NCBI GenBank assembly: GCA_032128115.1
Contig: JAQBHB010000055.1
Span: forward strand, 1 to 21,910
DNA from: Deltaproteobacteria bacterium
GTDB taxonomy: Bacteria; Myxococcota_A; UBA9160; SMWR01
Direction: 5' to 3'
Length of the DNA: 21,910 nt
Shown: positions 1 through 8,588 of the stretch, piece by piece
Layout: each line of letters starts with the position of its first letter
Position numbering within the stretch: position 1 is the first letter of the stretch
The notes under the pieces: model-generated
What the model was told of the DNA's origin: nothing
What the model saw: only the letters and a program-made list of their open reading frames with translations
Database searches by the model: none
Translations under genes and position numbers: made by a program

Positions 1-78
1 CGACTGCCCGCGCTTCCATCGCTCCCAGAGTTCCCTCTTCTGCGAATCCGAGAGCCCCCGTCGTTTCATTCGTGCCAT
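1..78 (-). CDS. IS30-family transposase, N-terminus (runs off the left edge)
   Basis: Manual translation from ATG at 78 gives MARMKRRGLSDSQKRELWERWKRGQS, matching the N-terminal HTH start of IS30-family transposases (QK..LW.RW..G.S). AGGAG lies about 9 nt upstream and an IS30-type IR is adjacent. Not in the ORF track. Confidence 0.8.
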   Translation of the reverse strand, partial: MARMKRRGLSDSQKRELWERWKRGQS

Positions 79-115
79 CTGCACCATCTCCTGGCCTACG
101 AGGTAAAACAGAAGA

Positions 116-141
116 TGTTGCGTCGACCCATTGAACCCACC
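116..141 (-). repeat. Left terminal inverted repeat of the IS30-family element
   Basis: Minus strand reads GGTGGGTTCAATGGGTCGACGCAACA, resembling the recalled IS30-family end GGCGG(A/G)TTCAA..GGTCG(A/T)CGCAACA, about 40 bp upstream of the transposase start. The partner IR is outside the window. Confidence 0.7.
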
Positions 142-2320
142 AAGCGTTCTGTCAAACAGGAGCCGAGGGGGGTCTGGCCCCCACACCGGGGCGATTTCAA
201 GGGGGCGGCTGCGTTCGCGTTGAGCAGCGGCTGGATTCTTGGCGCTGATGGGAGGGAGCGCTGTCGGCGCGGACGTAGGGGGGCTGACGGACCGAAATCG
301 GAGTCGATGCGTTCGCGGGATGGGCTGGCTTTTCGGCAGGACGGGGGCTACGCCGTGCCATCCGCGTCGAGCGGCGCCGGACCGAACGTCCAGGGAGCTT
401 CGTCGTCCCCAGACTCCCACTCGTGGCCAGCGGGCTCGCCTAGCGCCTGCCGCTGCGGCGGCGCTCGCGCGGGCAGGTCGAGGCATTCGAGGATCTTGCG
501 GGCCACCTCCGGTTCCTCGATGGCCGCGACCAGACGCATGGGCGCCCCACACCGGGGACAGCGCAGCGCAGCGACTCCGAAGACACGCTGGAGGAGCTTG
601 GCCCACGGGAGTCGCCGTGGGACTGGGCGCCCGGTTGCCGGTGGATCCCTGTCGACCGACCGACCGCCTGCCCCGACGGGTAGATCCGTAGCGCCGCTCG
701 CATGCGCCGCCGGGTCGGGATCGCTCGTCCTGCGCCATCGGTCGGGCGGCCCGCCTTCGCGCCCGATGGCGACGCGTCGGCGGGCTCCTCGATCGCCTCG
801 CTTCTCGACTTCCTCGCCTCGGCGCCGGCCCGTCTCAGTGGCGGCCGTGGTCCGGGCACGATTCGGTCGCGGGCACTGGCGCAGCGCGCGAGCACGCCGT
901 GATAGCGGACCTGGTGGGCTCGGGGCGGTGGGATCAGGGGGACGAGTCGTTCCAGCAACTCGTGGCGCTCCATCAGGATGTGGGTCGTGCCGTCGCGCCA
1001 ACGGGTCTTGAGGCGCAGGGCGAGCCGGCCATCCGGCCGGCCTTCGAGGCGATCGTTCGCGAGCGAAGGGCGTGCGACATGGCGGCAGAGCCGCTCGAGT
1101 CGGCGACGGTCACGCGCCGGCACCGCGACGCCGGCGTGGAGGCTCATGCCGTCGTGCTGTCGGACGCGGGGCGACGCTTCGGGATCGATGTTGGAGTCCT
1201 CGGGCGTGACGCGGTCGCCCAGGCGCTGCCAGCGCAGGCCGGCGTGGGGGCCAATCGCGATGCGGGTGCGCAGCGATGCGGTAGCGAGCGTGGCCAGCAA
1301 GGGCTCGTCTCGGGCGAGGGCGTCGTCGTCCTCGGTTCGCGACGCGAGCAGTCTCTGGATGCGGCGCGCCGTGCCCGTCAGCACGCGCGCGATCTCGCCC
1401 GCGCTGGGCGGTGGGAGCGGAAGAAAACGCGGGGCTGTGCCGTCGTCTCTGGGGTAGACCCCGTCGAGCACCAGGGTATGGAAGTGGACGTTCAGGTTGA
1501 GGGCCGAGCCGAAGCGCTGAATGAAAGTGACGGCGCCGCACTGGCCTCGTGCCACGTTCCACCGGTCTCTCGCCCGCTGGCGGAGCCCGGCGAACACCGA
1601 GCGGACGAAGGCGCGGAGCACCTGGCTGGTGAGCCTCGCGTCGTAGGCGCATCGATAGCGAAGCGCGTAGGGCAGCGTGAGAACCCACTGGCGGATGGGC
1701 ACTTCGGGCAGGACGCAATCCACCAGATGAGCCGCGGTGTCGGCCATGCGCCGGCCGCCGCACGAGGGGCAGAATCCACGACGCTTGCACGAGAAGGGGA
1801 CGAGGCGACCTTGGCGACATTCGTCGCAATGAAGCCTGAGGAAGCCGTGGGCGAGGATCCCGCATTCGAGATACGCACGGAGCTCCTTCTCGATGAAGCC
1901 CGGCACCGCGCGATCGCGTTCTCGGGCGCGCGCAAGGAATGTCTCGAGTTGCTCGCGAACGACGCTGTGCAGCTCGGTCTCTTCCGGGCGATGTCGTTCG
2001 TAGCCTCGTACGGAGCCTGCGGTAAGGCGTCCGCGGAGCGAGAGGTTGGCGGCGACTTCGGAATCCATTCCTGGTGTGCGTTGCGAGAGGCATGCCGGGC
2101 CGTGTGCGGCTCCCTTCTGCGTTCTCGTGGAGCCGAACGATGACTGCAGGAACGAACGTTCACGCCGAAGACGATGTCGGCGGTTTCCATTCGGGGCAAC
2201 TCCACTCAGAAATGTCGAAATAGGATGTAGTTGCACCCGAGGTGGACGAAGCCGATTAATTTTTCGGAGTGTCGATCGTATCGGATGACGATGCGTACGT
2301 GTTTGTGGAGCCAAGTGAAC
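142..2320 (-). mobile_element. Degenerate IS91-family rolling-circle element (boundaries approximate)
   Basis: Contains the Y2 transposase. A partial oriIS-like motif (CCCTTGAAAT, minus strand ~203-194) lies downstream. The upstream flank (2100-2320) is less GC-rich and has hairpins (cggctcc/ggagccg 2107-2135; cgccga/tcggcg 2163-2182). Exact ends are not determinable. Confidence 0.55.
348..2068 (-). pseudogene. IS91-family Y2 transposase with zinc-binding domain, frameshifted and lacking the catalytic Tyr
   Basis: ORF 440..2314 from Met at 2068 has the Zn domain (CG...C..C...SCKRRGFCPSC), HUH motif NVHFH and HQVRYHGVLA. The expected C-terminal WAKLLQRVF...CPRCG...KILECL is in a different frame (ORF 348..1001). 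LCRHVARP stands where LCRY..RP is expected. Confidence 0.88.
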
Positions 2321-2339
2321 CGCGGGGCCGATCGTTCAC
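2256..2339 (-). pseudogene. Probable truncated lvaB/DUF6285-like gene (only about 5-7 native codons remain)
   Basis: GTG overlaps the phosphotransferase stop (GTGA) with AGGAG 5 nt upstream. It reads MNDRP, like the M.DRP start of DUF6285 partners of LvaA-type kinases, then runs into lower-GC sequence and stops after 27 aa. Confidence 0.45.
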
Positions 2340-3373
2340 ACCGACTCCTGCATCAGGTTCAGAAGCTCCTGCTCCGCTTCGGCGATGCGCCGACCCAGCG
2401 AAGCGAGCTCCACCGATGCCATGCCGTCGAGAAACACGCGCGCCTGGCGGATGAAGACCAGGGCGAGCTTGAAGTTTCCGCAAGCTTCCCAGAAGCGCAG
2501 CGCCTCGCGATCCACCGGCGCGCCCCCCGCCTCCTCGTACGTGCGCACCAGCGCCTCGCGCGAGCCGATGCCGCCCGCCGTCTGGGCGTCGTTGCCGAAG
2601 CGCCAGGCGCGCACGCAGAACCAGCCGAGATCCTCCACCGGATCGCCTACGTGGGCCAGCTCCCAGTCGAGGATGGCGCGCACACCGGTGTCGTCGAAGA
2701 TCACGTTGCCCACCCGGAAGTCGCCGTGCACCACCACGCGCCGGCACGGCATCGGCGCGCGTTCCAGTAGCCAGCGCTCGGCGAGATCCAGCACCGGGTG
2801 GGGCTCCACGGCCAGCTCGCGAATGCCCAGGGCGATGCGTTCCACCTCGCCCCGACCCGACTCGACCCCCGAATCCTCCGCGATCAGATCCACCAGTTCG
2901 GGCCGGTCGGGATCGATGCGGTGCACCCGCGCCAGGATTTCGCCCAGCTGCGCGATCATCACCTGTCGGGCGTGTGCATAGCGATCGTCGCGCAGGAGTC
3001 GCCGCGGAATCGTTTCGCCTGCGACCCGGTCCATGAGGAAGAAGGACGAACCCAGGATCGCCGGGTCGGCGCTGCACCAGTGCACACGCGGAACCGGGAC
3101 GCCGGCCTCGGCGGCGGCCCGGAGCAACCGGAACTCCAGGCTGCGGTCGCCCTCGCCCGTGCGACCCGGGGGGTCGCGGCGCAGCACCAGCTCGAGGTGC
3201 TGCGGCTCGGTCCCGCCGACCTCCACATCCAGCGACCACAACTCCCGCGAGGCCCCGCCCGCCAGCCGCTGCAGGCCCTGTATGCGAACGCCCTCGGGCG
3301 CAACACCTGCGCACCCGGCCACGAACTCCCGCAGTCTCGGAACGAGCGCTTCCCCGCCGGATTCGGCCGTCAT
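2336..3373 (-). CDS. APH-family phosphotransferase, LvaA/ACAD10-11 kinase-like
   Basis: LAGGASRELW P-loop, LVLRRDP, FFLMDRV, HGDFRVGN, ILDWE, GDPVEDLGWF..RAWRF and C-terminal VELASLGRRIAEAEQELL. ATG at 3373 chosen as start. Confidence 0.9.
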   Translation of the reverse strand: MTAESGGEALVPRLREFVAGCAGVAPEGVRIQGLQRLAGGASRELWSLDVEVGGTEPQHLELVLRRDPPGRTGEGDRSLEFRLLRAAAEAGVPVPRVHWCSADPAILGSSFFLMDRVAGETIPRRLLRDDRYAHARQVMIAQLGEILARVHRIDPDRPELVDLIAEDSGVESGRGEVERIALGIRELAVEPHPVLDLAERWLLERAPMPCRRVVVHGDFRVGNVIFDDTGVRAILDWELAHVGDPVEDLGWFCVRAWRFGNDAQTAGGIGSREALVRTYEEAGGAPVDREALRFWEACGNFKLALVFIRQARVFLDGMASVELASLGRRIAEAEQELLNLMQESV

Positions 3374-3476
3374 CGCTTCCCCGACCCTCCGGCGGCGCAA
3401 GGTATCGCAAGAAATCCGTCACCTCGGTGCGGAGTTCACCGATAATCGCTAACTGGGGATGGGAGGGCCCGGCCGG

Positions 3477-3992
3477 ATGTTCCGCACCGTCGTTTCGCTG
3501 CTGGCCCTGCTGGCCCTGATGGGGCTTCCCCTCGCGTGTGCCAATCCCTTCCGTGGGGATCCGGGGGCGGTGGCCGCCGCCTACGCCAAGACCGGCCGCT
3601 ACGACGAAGCCTCCCGCGAAATCGAGCGGGCCGTGCGCACCCATCCCCGCGACCCGGCGCTGCGGCGCCAGGCCGCAGACATCTACGCGAACTCGGGCAA
3701 CCTGGACCGCGCCATCGGGCATCTGGAGGTGGTGGCGGTTCAAATCTCCCCGGGCGATGCCCAGGCCTGGATCGTCCTTGGCGAACTGGAGAACCGACGC
3801 CACAACGTGGCCGACGCGTACGTAGCCTTCCGACGCGCCGCCCAGCTGGCGCCGGATGACATCCGCGCGGTGTCCGGTCTCGCGCTTGCCGCCGACAGCC
3901 TGGGATTCGACGAGGAGGCCGAGGCCGCCTACGCGAGATGGGCCGAACTCGAGCGCCGACAGCAGGAAACCGGCGGCTCGCAATCTCCGTAG
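3477..3992 (+). CDS. TPR-repeat protein, probable lipoprotein
   Basis: Hydrophobic signal ending PLA-C; TPR helices (YAKTGRYDEA, YANSGNLDRAI, AWIVLGEL, FRRAAQLAPDD); GGAGG upstream of ATG 3477. Confidence 0.8.
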   Translation: MFRTVVSLLALLALMGLPLACANPFRGDPGAVAAAYAKTGRYDEASREIERAVRTHPRDPALRRQAADIYANSGNLDRAIGHLEVVAVQISPGDAQAWIVLGELENRRHNVADAYVAFRRAAQLAPDDIRAVSGLALAADSLGFDEEAEAAYARWAELERRQQETGGSQSP

Positions 3993-4010
3993 CCCACCAC
4001 GGCAAGGCGA

Positions 4011-5201
4011 TCAGATCTGGGAGGGGTCTCGCGAGAGGTCCTTGGTCAGGTTCTTGTGGTGGGCTTCCAGGGTACCGCCGCCGATCTCCAGCAGCTTCGC
4101 GTCCCTCCACAGGCGCTCCACCACGTACTCGCCCATGTAGCCGTACCCGCCAAGCACCTGCATGGCCGCATCTGCGGCGCGCTTGGCCGCCTGGGAGGCG
4201 AACAGCTTGGCGGCGTCGGCCTCCACCCGCTGCCCCGTTTGCGACAGGTCCATGCGGCGGGCTGCGTCATACACCAGGGCGCGTGCCGCCCGGTACTCGG
4301 CGAAGCTCTCGCCGATGTGGCGCTGGATCTGGCCGTGCTCGCGGATCGGGACGCCAAAGCTCTTGCGCTCGTTGGCGTAGGCCACCATCACCCGGATGCA
4401 GCGCCGCGCGATCCCCACGGACATGGCCGCCAGGGTGAGCCGCTCGATCTCCAGGTTGCGCATCATGGCCAGGGTCCCGGCGCCTTCCTCTCCCAGACGG
4501 TTCGCCACCGGAACCCGCACGCCCTCGAACACCAGCTCGCCGGTATACGAGGCGCGCATGCCCAACTTGTCGGTCCACTTCTGGCCCAGGCGGAAGCCCG
4601 GCATCCCCTTCGCCACCAGAAAGGCACTCAGGGAGCGCTCGCCGGTGGCCGCGTAGACCACGAAGGCGTCGCCGAGCGTGGTGTCGTCCACGCCCGCGTT
4701 GGTGATGAAGGTCTTGGTTCCCGTCACCAGGTAGTGATCACCGTCGCGTACGGCTCGGGTCCGCATGGCCAGCACGTCCGTGCCCGCCTCGGGCTCGGTC
4801 ATGCAGAGACCGCCGATCCACTCTCCGCTGGCCGCTCGCGGCAACACGTGCTTGCGCTGCACGTCGTTCCCGTTCACGTTCACGTTCTGCGCGAACAGCA
4901 CCGCGTGGGCGAGAAGCGACAGACAGAAGCCCGGATCCGCAGTGGACAGGGCCTCGCACACCTGAGCGGCGGCCGTGGCGTCCAGGCCCGCCCCGCCGTA
5001 CTCCTCGGGGAGCGTCACGCCCAGCAGGCCCAGCTGGCCCGCCTTGCGGAAGAGCTCGTGATTGAAGCGCTCGTCGCGATCGTGCTGGGCCGCCTGGGGC
5101 TCGACCTCGCGCGATACGAACTCGGCGAGGGTTCCTGCCAGCAACTCGTGCTCGGAGGTGGGAGCCGACAGATCGAGGCTTCGCCAGTCGTTCTCGGTCA
5201 T
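4011..5201 (-). CDS. Acyl-CoA dehydrogenase, isovaleryl-CoA dehydrogenase type
   Basis: MTEPEAGTD, GTKTFITN, KLGMRAS, GGYGY, RLWRDAKLLEIGGGT. The catalytic Glu is at the IVD position (LEIERLTLA) and there is no Glu in the C-terminal motif. Confidence 0.92.
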   Translation of the reverse strand: MTENDWRSLDLSAPTSEHELLAGTLAEFVSREVEPQAAQHDRDERFNHELFRKAGQLGLLGVTLPEEYGGAGLDATAAAQVCEALSTADPGFCLSLLAHAVLFAQNVNVNGNDVQRKHVLPRAASGEWIGGLCMTEPEAGTDVLAMRTRAVRDGDHYLVTGTKTFITNAGVDDTTLGDAFVVYAATGERSLSAFLVAKGMPGFRLGQKWTDKLGMRASYTGELVFEGVRVPVANRLGEEGAGTLAMMRNLEIERLTLAAMSVGIARRCIRVMVAYANERKSFGVPIREHGQIQRHIGESFAEYRAARALVYDAARRMDLSQTGQRVEADAAKLFASQAAKRAADAAMQVLGGYGYMGEYVVERLWRDAKLLEIGGGTLEAHHKNLTKDLSRDPSQI

Positions 5202-5265
5202 GGGGCGATTCGCTCTCCCGGCCGCGCGAGCCGCCAGTCTACCGGCTGGCCCGGGAGGCTGCCGG

Positions 5266-5916
5266 TCAGGGCGTGGCCAGGGCGTCCTTCACGAACGACG
5301 AGATCGCCGCCCGATCTCTCGGCGACGTGGCGTGAAAGATCACGCCCACATCCGGCAACAGCTGGTAGGCGGCCTCGGCCTGAAGCTCCAGGTCGCCCGC
5401 CCGGGGCAGCCCGAAGCGGAGCGTGATGCGCGAACCCAGCAGCAGGGTCTCCGGGGTCCGCAACAGACAGCCGTTCTCCGACAGCGAGAGGATCGCCACC
5501 CGCCACTCGAGCTCGCCGCGGCGGCAACGCGCCATGATGTGGGTGGGCACCCGGGTGATGGTGCGCGGCGTTTCCTCCAGGATCTGCTGGATGATCCGGT
5601 AGAGCTCGTGCATGGCCGCAGGCCGGCGAACCGCCCCCACGATCCGCGGGTCGGCCCCGGTGACACCGTGGCGGCCCGTCAGGACCACCATGGGAGGCGA
5701 AACCCCGGAGTTCTCGGGAATGTCGCCAAGGTTGCGCTCGTCCACGATCCGCAGCTCGGGACCGCGGCTCTGGGTCTCTGGGCCCAGGGAAGAGAACTCC
5801 TCGGGCGTCACGATCGCGTATCCCAGCTTGGCCAGGATCAGGCGCGTCATGGGCGAAATGGCCTCCGGGGCGGCGTGAGCCACGAGGATCCGGCGTCCGT
5901 CGATTTCTGCGCTCAT
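5266..5916 (-). CDS. PilZ-domain protein with degenerate N-terminal receiver-like domain
   Basis: RxxxR (RTITR) followed by LSLSENGC (D/NxSxxG-like). The N-terminus has a CheY-like pattern (RILVAH...LAKLGYAIV...PMVVLTG). Confidence 0.78.
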   Translation of the reverse strand: MSAEIDGRRILVAHAAPEAISPMTRLILAKLGYAIVTPEEFSSLGPETQSRGPELRIVDERNLGDIPENSGVSPPMVVLTGRHGVTGADPRIVGAVRRPAAMHELYRIIQQILEETPRTITRVPTHIMARCRRGELEWRVAILSLSENGCLLRTPETLLLGSRITLRFGLPRAGDLELQAEAAYQLLPDVGVIFHATSPRDRAAISSFVKDALATP

Positions 5917-5981
5917 GAGCCCCTTTCCATCGGCCGCCAGGGCTTCTGGATTGAGGGACGGGATTTCGCAGCGTTAGCGGG

Positions 5982-5987
5982 TAAACT
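5982..5987 (+). promoter_or_regulatory. Putative -10 box (TAAACT) for leaderless transcription of the PAS gene
   Basis: TAnnnT hexamer 6 nt upstream of GTG 5994, with no SD sequence in between. Confidence 0.5.
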
Positions 5988-5993
5988 GCCGGC

Positions 5994-6710
5994 GTGAGGG
6001 GGCATAGTCCGGAGCTTGCGGCGTGGCTGATCTCGAGGCGTCGCGATATCGAACAGGTCATGACGGCCCAGCTGGGGCCTGCGGCGCCGAGCCCGGCCGC
6101 CGCGGAGTCCGAGGTACTGCGCCGGTTCCGGTCGTTCGCCGCCTCGGCGCTCAAGCGCGGCACGATGGCGGAGCCCTCACTCGAGGGCCTCAAGGCCAAC
6201 GAGCGGCGGGTCACCGCCCTGCTCTCGGCCTGGTGCGACGCAGCTGCCTCGGTGGCGGGAAACGGCGGGGATCCGCTGCGGGAGGCCCTCCAGCCCCTGG
6301 TGATCCGGTTCCGCTCCTCGCTCCGCACCACGGCCAGCGGCCGGCGCAGCCGGGGCGCACCCCGCGCGGCCCGCCGCGCTGTGACGGCCGCCATCGACCG
6401 CGTGGCCGACTGCTTCCTGGCGGTGGATGCAGACTCGGGAAAGATCGTGGACGCCAACCCGGCCGCCGGTGCCCTGCTGGGCGTGGCGCGCGACGCCCTG
6501 CTGGATGTGGAGGCCGTCCGATTCGTGCCCCAAGGTTCCCAGGGCGTGTGGTGGACCCACCTGGACGCGGTGACCGAAGGAACCGAATCGCGACGATTCA
6601 GTGCGAACCTGCTCGACGTGACCGGCACGACCATTCCAGTGGAGTGCACGATCACCCGCTTCTCCACCCGGGACCGCACCCTCGCCCTGGTCCTGGCGCG
6701 CCCCCTCTGA
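5994..6710 (+). CDS. PAS-domain protein with helical N-terminal domain and no output domain
   Basis: C-terminal PAS pattern: AIDRVADCFLAVDADSGKIVDANPAAGALLGVARDALL...GTTIPVECTIT...LVLARP. Confidence 0.82.
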   Translation: MRGHSPELAAWLISRRRDIEQVMTAQLGPAAPSPAAAESEVLRRFRSFAASALKRGTMAEPSLEGLKANERRVTALLSAWCDAAASVAGNGGDPLREALQPLVIRFRSSLRTTASGRRSRGAPRAARRAVTAAIDRVADCFLAVDADSGKIVDANPAAGALLGVARDALLDVEAVRFVPQGSQGVWWTHLDAVTEGTESRRFSANLLDVTGTTIPVECTITRFSTRDRTLALVLARPL

Positions 6711-6732
6711 AGCGACCGTCACGGCCCGGGCT

Positions 6733-7455
6733 TCAGTCCGTGCCTCGAAGTCGCGCCCCGAAGAACGCCAATGTTTTCGACCAGGCCTCCCGGGCCGCTT
6801 CTGGACGGAAGGCATCGGGCCGGGAGTCGTTCATGAAGGCGTGTCCCGCTCCCGGAACCACCACCACCTGGGACTCGTGCCGCGCGTCGCCCAGACGTTC
6901 CTGCAGGGTCGCCACGTCGGCTTCGGGAATGTAGACGTCGTCCTCGCCGAAGAAGGCGAGCAGCGGACAGCAGAGGTCCGCGGCGGCATCCAGCGGTTGG
7001 CGGGGCTTGCGGGCGGGATCGAGCCCGCCCTCCGCATGCAACATGCCGTGCTCGTAGGAGAGCATTCCGTAGAACGGAACCGCCGCCGAAAGCCCTCGAC
7101 AGCCGCATGCGGCGAGCAACGCGTACATCCCGCCCATGCAGAAGCCGGTGACGCCCACCCGCCGCCCGGCAGTGGGCGGTTCGCCGACCAGGAAGTCGAC
7201 CCCGGCCTGGATGTCGGAAAGCACCTGGGGATCGGAGAGTTCGCGGATCCAGCGCCCGGGATCCTCGATCTTTGCAGGCGGCGCGCGCCGGTAGAGATCC
7301 AGGGCCAACACGCCGAAGCCTTCCTGCGCCAGGCGTCGGGCCAGGTCCCGGGGATGTTCACCCAGACCCCAGACATCGTGGATCAACACCACCCCCGGGT
7401 GCGACCCCGACTCGGGATACGCCAGGAACCCGAGCTCCACGTCTCGCGTCTGCAC
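6733..7455 (-). CDS. Dienelactone hydrolase family protein
   Basis: PGVVLIHDVWG, nucleophile elbow GFCMGG, FGEDD and GAGHAF (Cys-Asp-His triad). GTG start at 7455 chosen because the upstream ORF extension overlaps cysQ. Confidence 0.9.
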   Translation of the reverse strand: MQTRDVELGFLAYPESGSHPGVVLIHDVWGLGEHPRDLARRLAQEGFGVLALDLYRRAPPAKIEDPGRWIRELSDPQVLSDIQAGVDFLVGEPPTAGRRVGVTGFCMGGMYALLAACGCRGLSAAVPFYGMLSYEHGMLHAEGGLDPARKPRQPLDAAADLCCPLLAFFGEDDVYIPEADVATLQERLGDARHESQVVVVPGAGHAFMNDSRPDAFRPEAAREAWSKTLAFFGARLRGTD

Positions 7456-7462
7456 GAGAGCC

Positions 7463-7470
7463 AGTATACT
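7463..7470. promoter_or_regulatory. Palindromic AGTATACT: putative bidirectional -10 element for two leaderless genes
   Basis: TATACT on + is 8 nt before ATG 7479; TATACT on - is 7 nt before GTG 7455. The intergenic gap is only 23 bp. Confidence 0.6.
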
Positions 7471-7478
7471 CGGCGCCC

Positions 7479-8264
7479 ATGGCGTACGAACGAGAGCTGG
7501 AAGTCGCGCTGGATGCTGCGCGTAAAGCCGGGGCGATCCTACGACGACACTACGCGGGTGACCGCAAGAGCTGGGAAAAGTCCGAGGACAACCCCCTGAC
7601 GCTTGCGGACCTGGAGTCGGACAAGGCCATCGCCGCCTGCATCCGCGCGGCATTTCCCGACGACGCGATCCTGTCGGAAGAGACCGTGAACGATCCGTCG
7701 CGCACGAAACAGAGCCGCGTATGGATCGTGGACCCCATGGACGGCACAAAGGAGTTCACCCAGAAGATCCCGGAGTTTGCGGCGTCGATCGCGCTTGCCG
7801 TGGACGGCGAGCCGGTAGTGGGGGTGATCCTCAACCCGGAGGCCGAAACCGCCGTTTGGGCGAACCAGGGCGGCGGAACGTTCCGGGACGGCGAGCGTGT
7901 GCGGGTGTCGTCGTGTCCGACCCTCGATGCTGCGGTGGTGATCGCGAGCCGCACCGAGATCAAGCGCAACCAGTTCGAGCCCTACGACGGCTGGTTCAAG
8001 GAAATCCGGCCGGTAGGCTCGATCGCGTGGAAGCTGGCCTGCGTGGCCTGCGGCGAGGGCGACCTGAACATCTCCGTGGCGCCCAAGAACGAATGGGACG
8101 TGTGCGCGGGAGACGTGCTGGTGCGCGAAGCGGGCGGCGCCTACACCGCCTTCGATGGCTCGATCCGCATCTACAACCAGGAAAAGACGCTGATCGAAGC
8201 CGGCATGGCCGCGGGCCCCGTGCCGCTGCTCGAAGCCTTCTTCCAGCGCGATCGCGAGCGCTAA
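7479..8264 (+). CDS. cysQ: 3'(2'),5'-bisphosphate nucleotidase CysQ / inositol monophosphatase family
   Basis: PLTLAD, ILSEE, WIVDPMDGTKEF, GSIAWKL, EWDVCAG. Confidence 0.85.
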   Translation: MAYERELEVALDAARKAGAILRRHYAGDRKSWEKSEDNPLTLADLESDKAIAACIRAAFPDDAILSEETVNDPSRTKQSRVWIVDPMDGTKEFTQKIPEFAASIALAVDGEPVVGVILNPEAETAVWANQGGGTFRDGERVRVSSCPTLDAAVVIASRTEIKRNQFEPYDGWFKEIRPVGSIAWKLACVACGEGDLNISVAPKNEWDVCAGDVLVREAGGAYTAFDGSIRIYNQEKTLIEAGMAAGPVPLLEAFFQRDRER

Positions 8265-8328
8265 CGGGCTGCCTCAGGGTGGCCCTCCGTCCTTCCGATG
8301 CACCCTGTCAGACCTGGAGGGGTGCGAA

Positions 8329-8556
8329 ATGGGCAAGGCATTCGGGATCCTGATGATGGTGGTGGGCGTCTTCGTCGCCCTCCAGATCTACCTGGTGGGC
8401 ACGGAGAACGCCCTGGGCGGCGCCCTCGCGTTCCTGGGCGACTCGGAGAAGGAAGAGGCGGCCAGCGACCGGCGCACCACACCCCAGCGGGCCGGCGACG
8501 CCGTGGAACGCGCCAACCGCCAGGGAGAAGATCGCCTGAATCGAATGCTCGATTAG
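8329..8556 (+). CDS. Small hypothetical membrane protein (75 aa)
   Basis: GGAGG RBS, GC3-rich codons, N-terminal transmembrane helix and charged C-terminus; fills the gap between cysQ and pntB. Confidence 0.7.
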   Translation: MGKAFGILMMVVGVFVALQIYLVGTENALGGALAFLGDSEKEEAASDRRTTPQRAGDAVERANRQGEDRLNRMLD

Positions 8557-8585
8557 CCCCCTGAATGTTCGATTAGCCCCCTGAA
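8543..8585. repeat. 20-bp tandem duplication spanning the stop codon of the small gene
   Basis: gaatgctcgattagccccct / gaatgttcgattagccccct / gaa (1 mismatch). Confidence 0.9.
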
Positions 8586-8588
8586 GGG

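Noticed and set aside
142..166. GGCTCCTGTTTGACA (minus strand) as a third IS end
   Set aside because: Only vague resemblance to IS5-type ends; no partner repeat or transposase.
115..2143. Plus-strand ORFs 115..1011 and 899..2143
   Set aside because: Antisense to the IS91 transposase; the first starts inside the IS30 IR.
2210..2237. dif/Xer-like site (minus strand GGTGCAACTACATCCTATTTCGACATTT)
   Set aside because: Only the first 5 nt match E. coli dif; the XerD arm TTATGTTAAAT is absent.
2311..2320. CAAG/GAAC tetranucleotides at the junction as the IS91 terIS
   Set aside because: 4-mers occur by chance and the orientation looks opposite to that expected on the transposase strand; not used as evidence.
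4011..5201. Acyl-CoA dehydrogenase as methylsuccinyl-CoA dehydrogenase (Mcd) or LvaC
   Set aside because: It lacks the N-terminal extension of Mcd, has IVD-type motifs, and is separated from the kinase by an opposite-strand gene.
6707..6736. Inverted repeats spanning convergent stops (ctgaagc/gcttcag; also cctga/tcagg at 19855-19870) as terminators
   Set aside because: Stems are short, partly forced by opposing TGA codons, and lack U-tracts.
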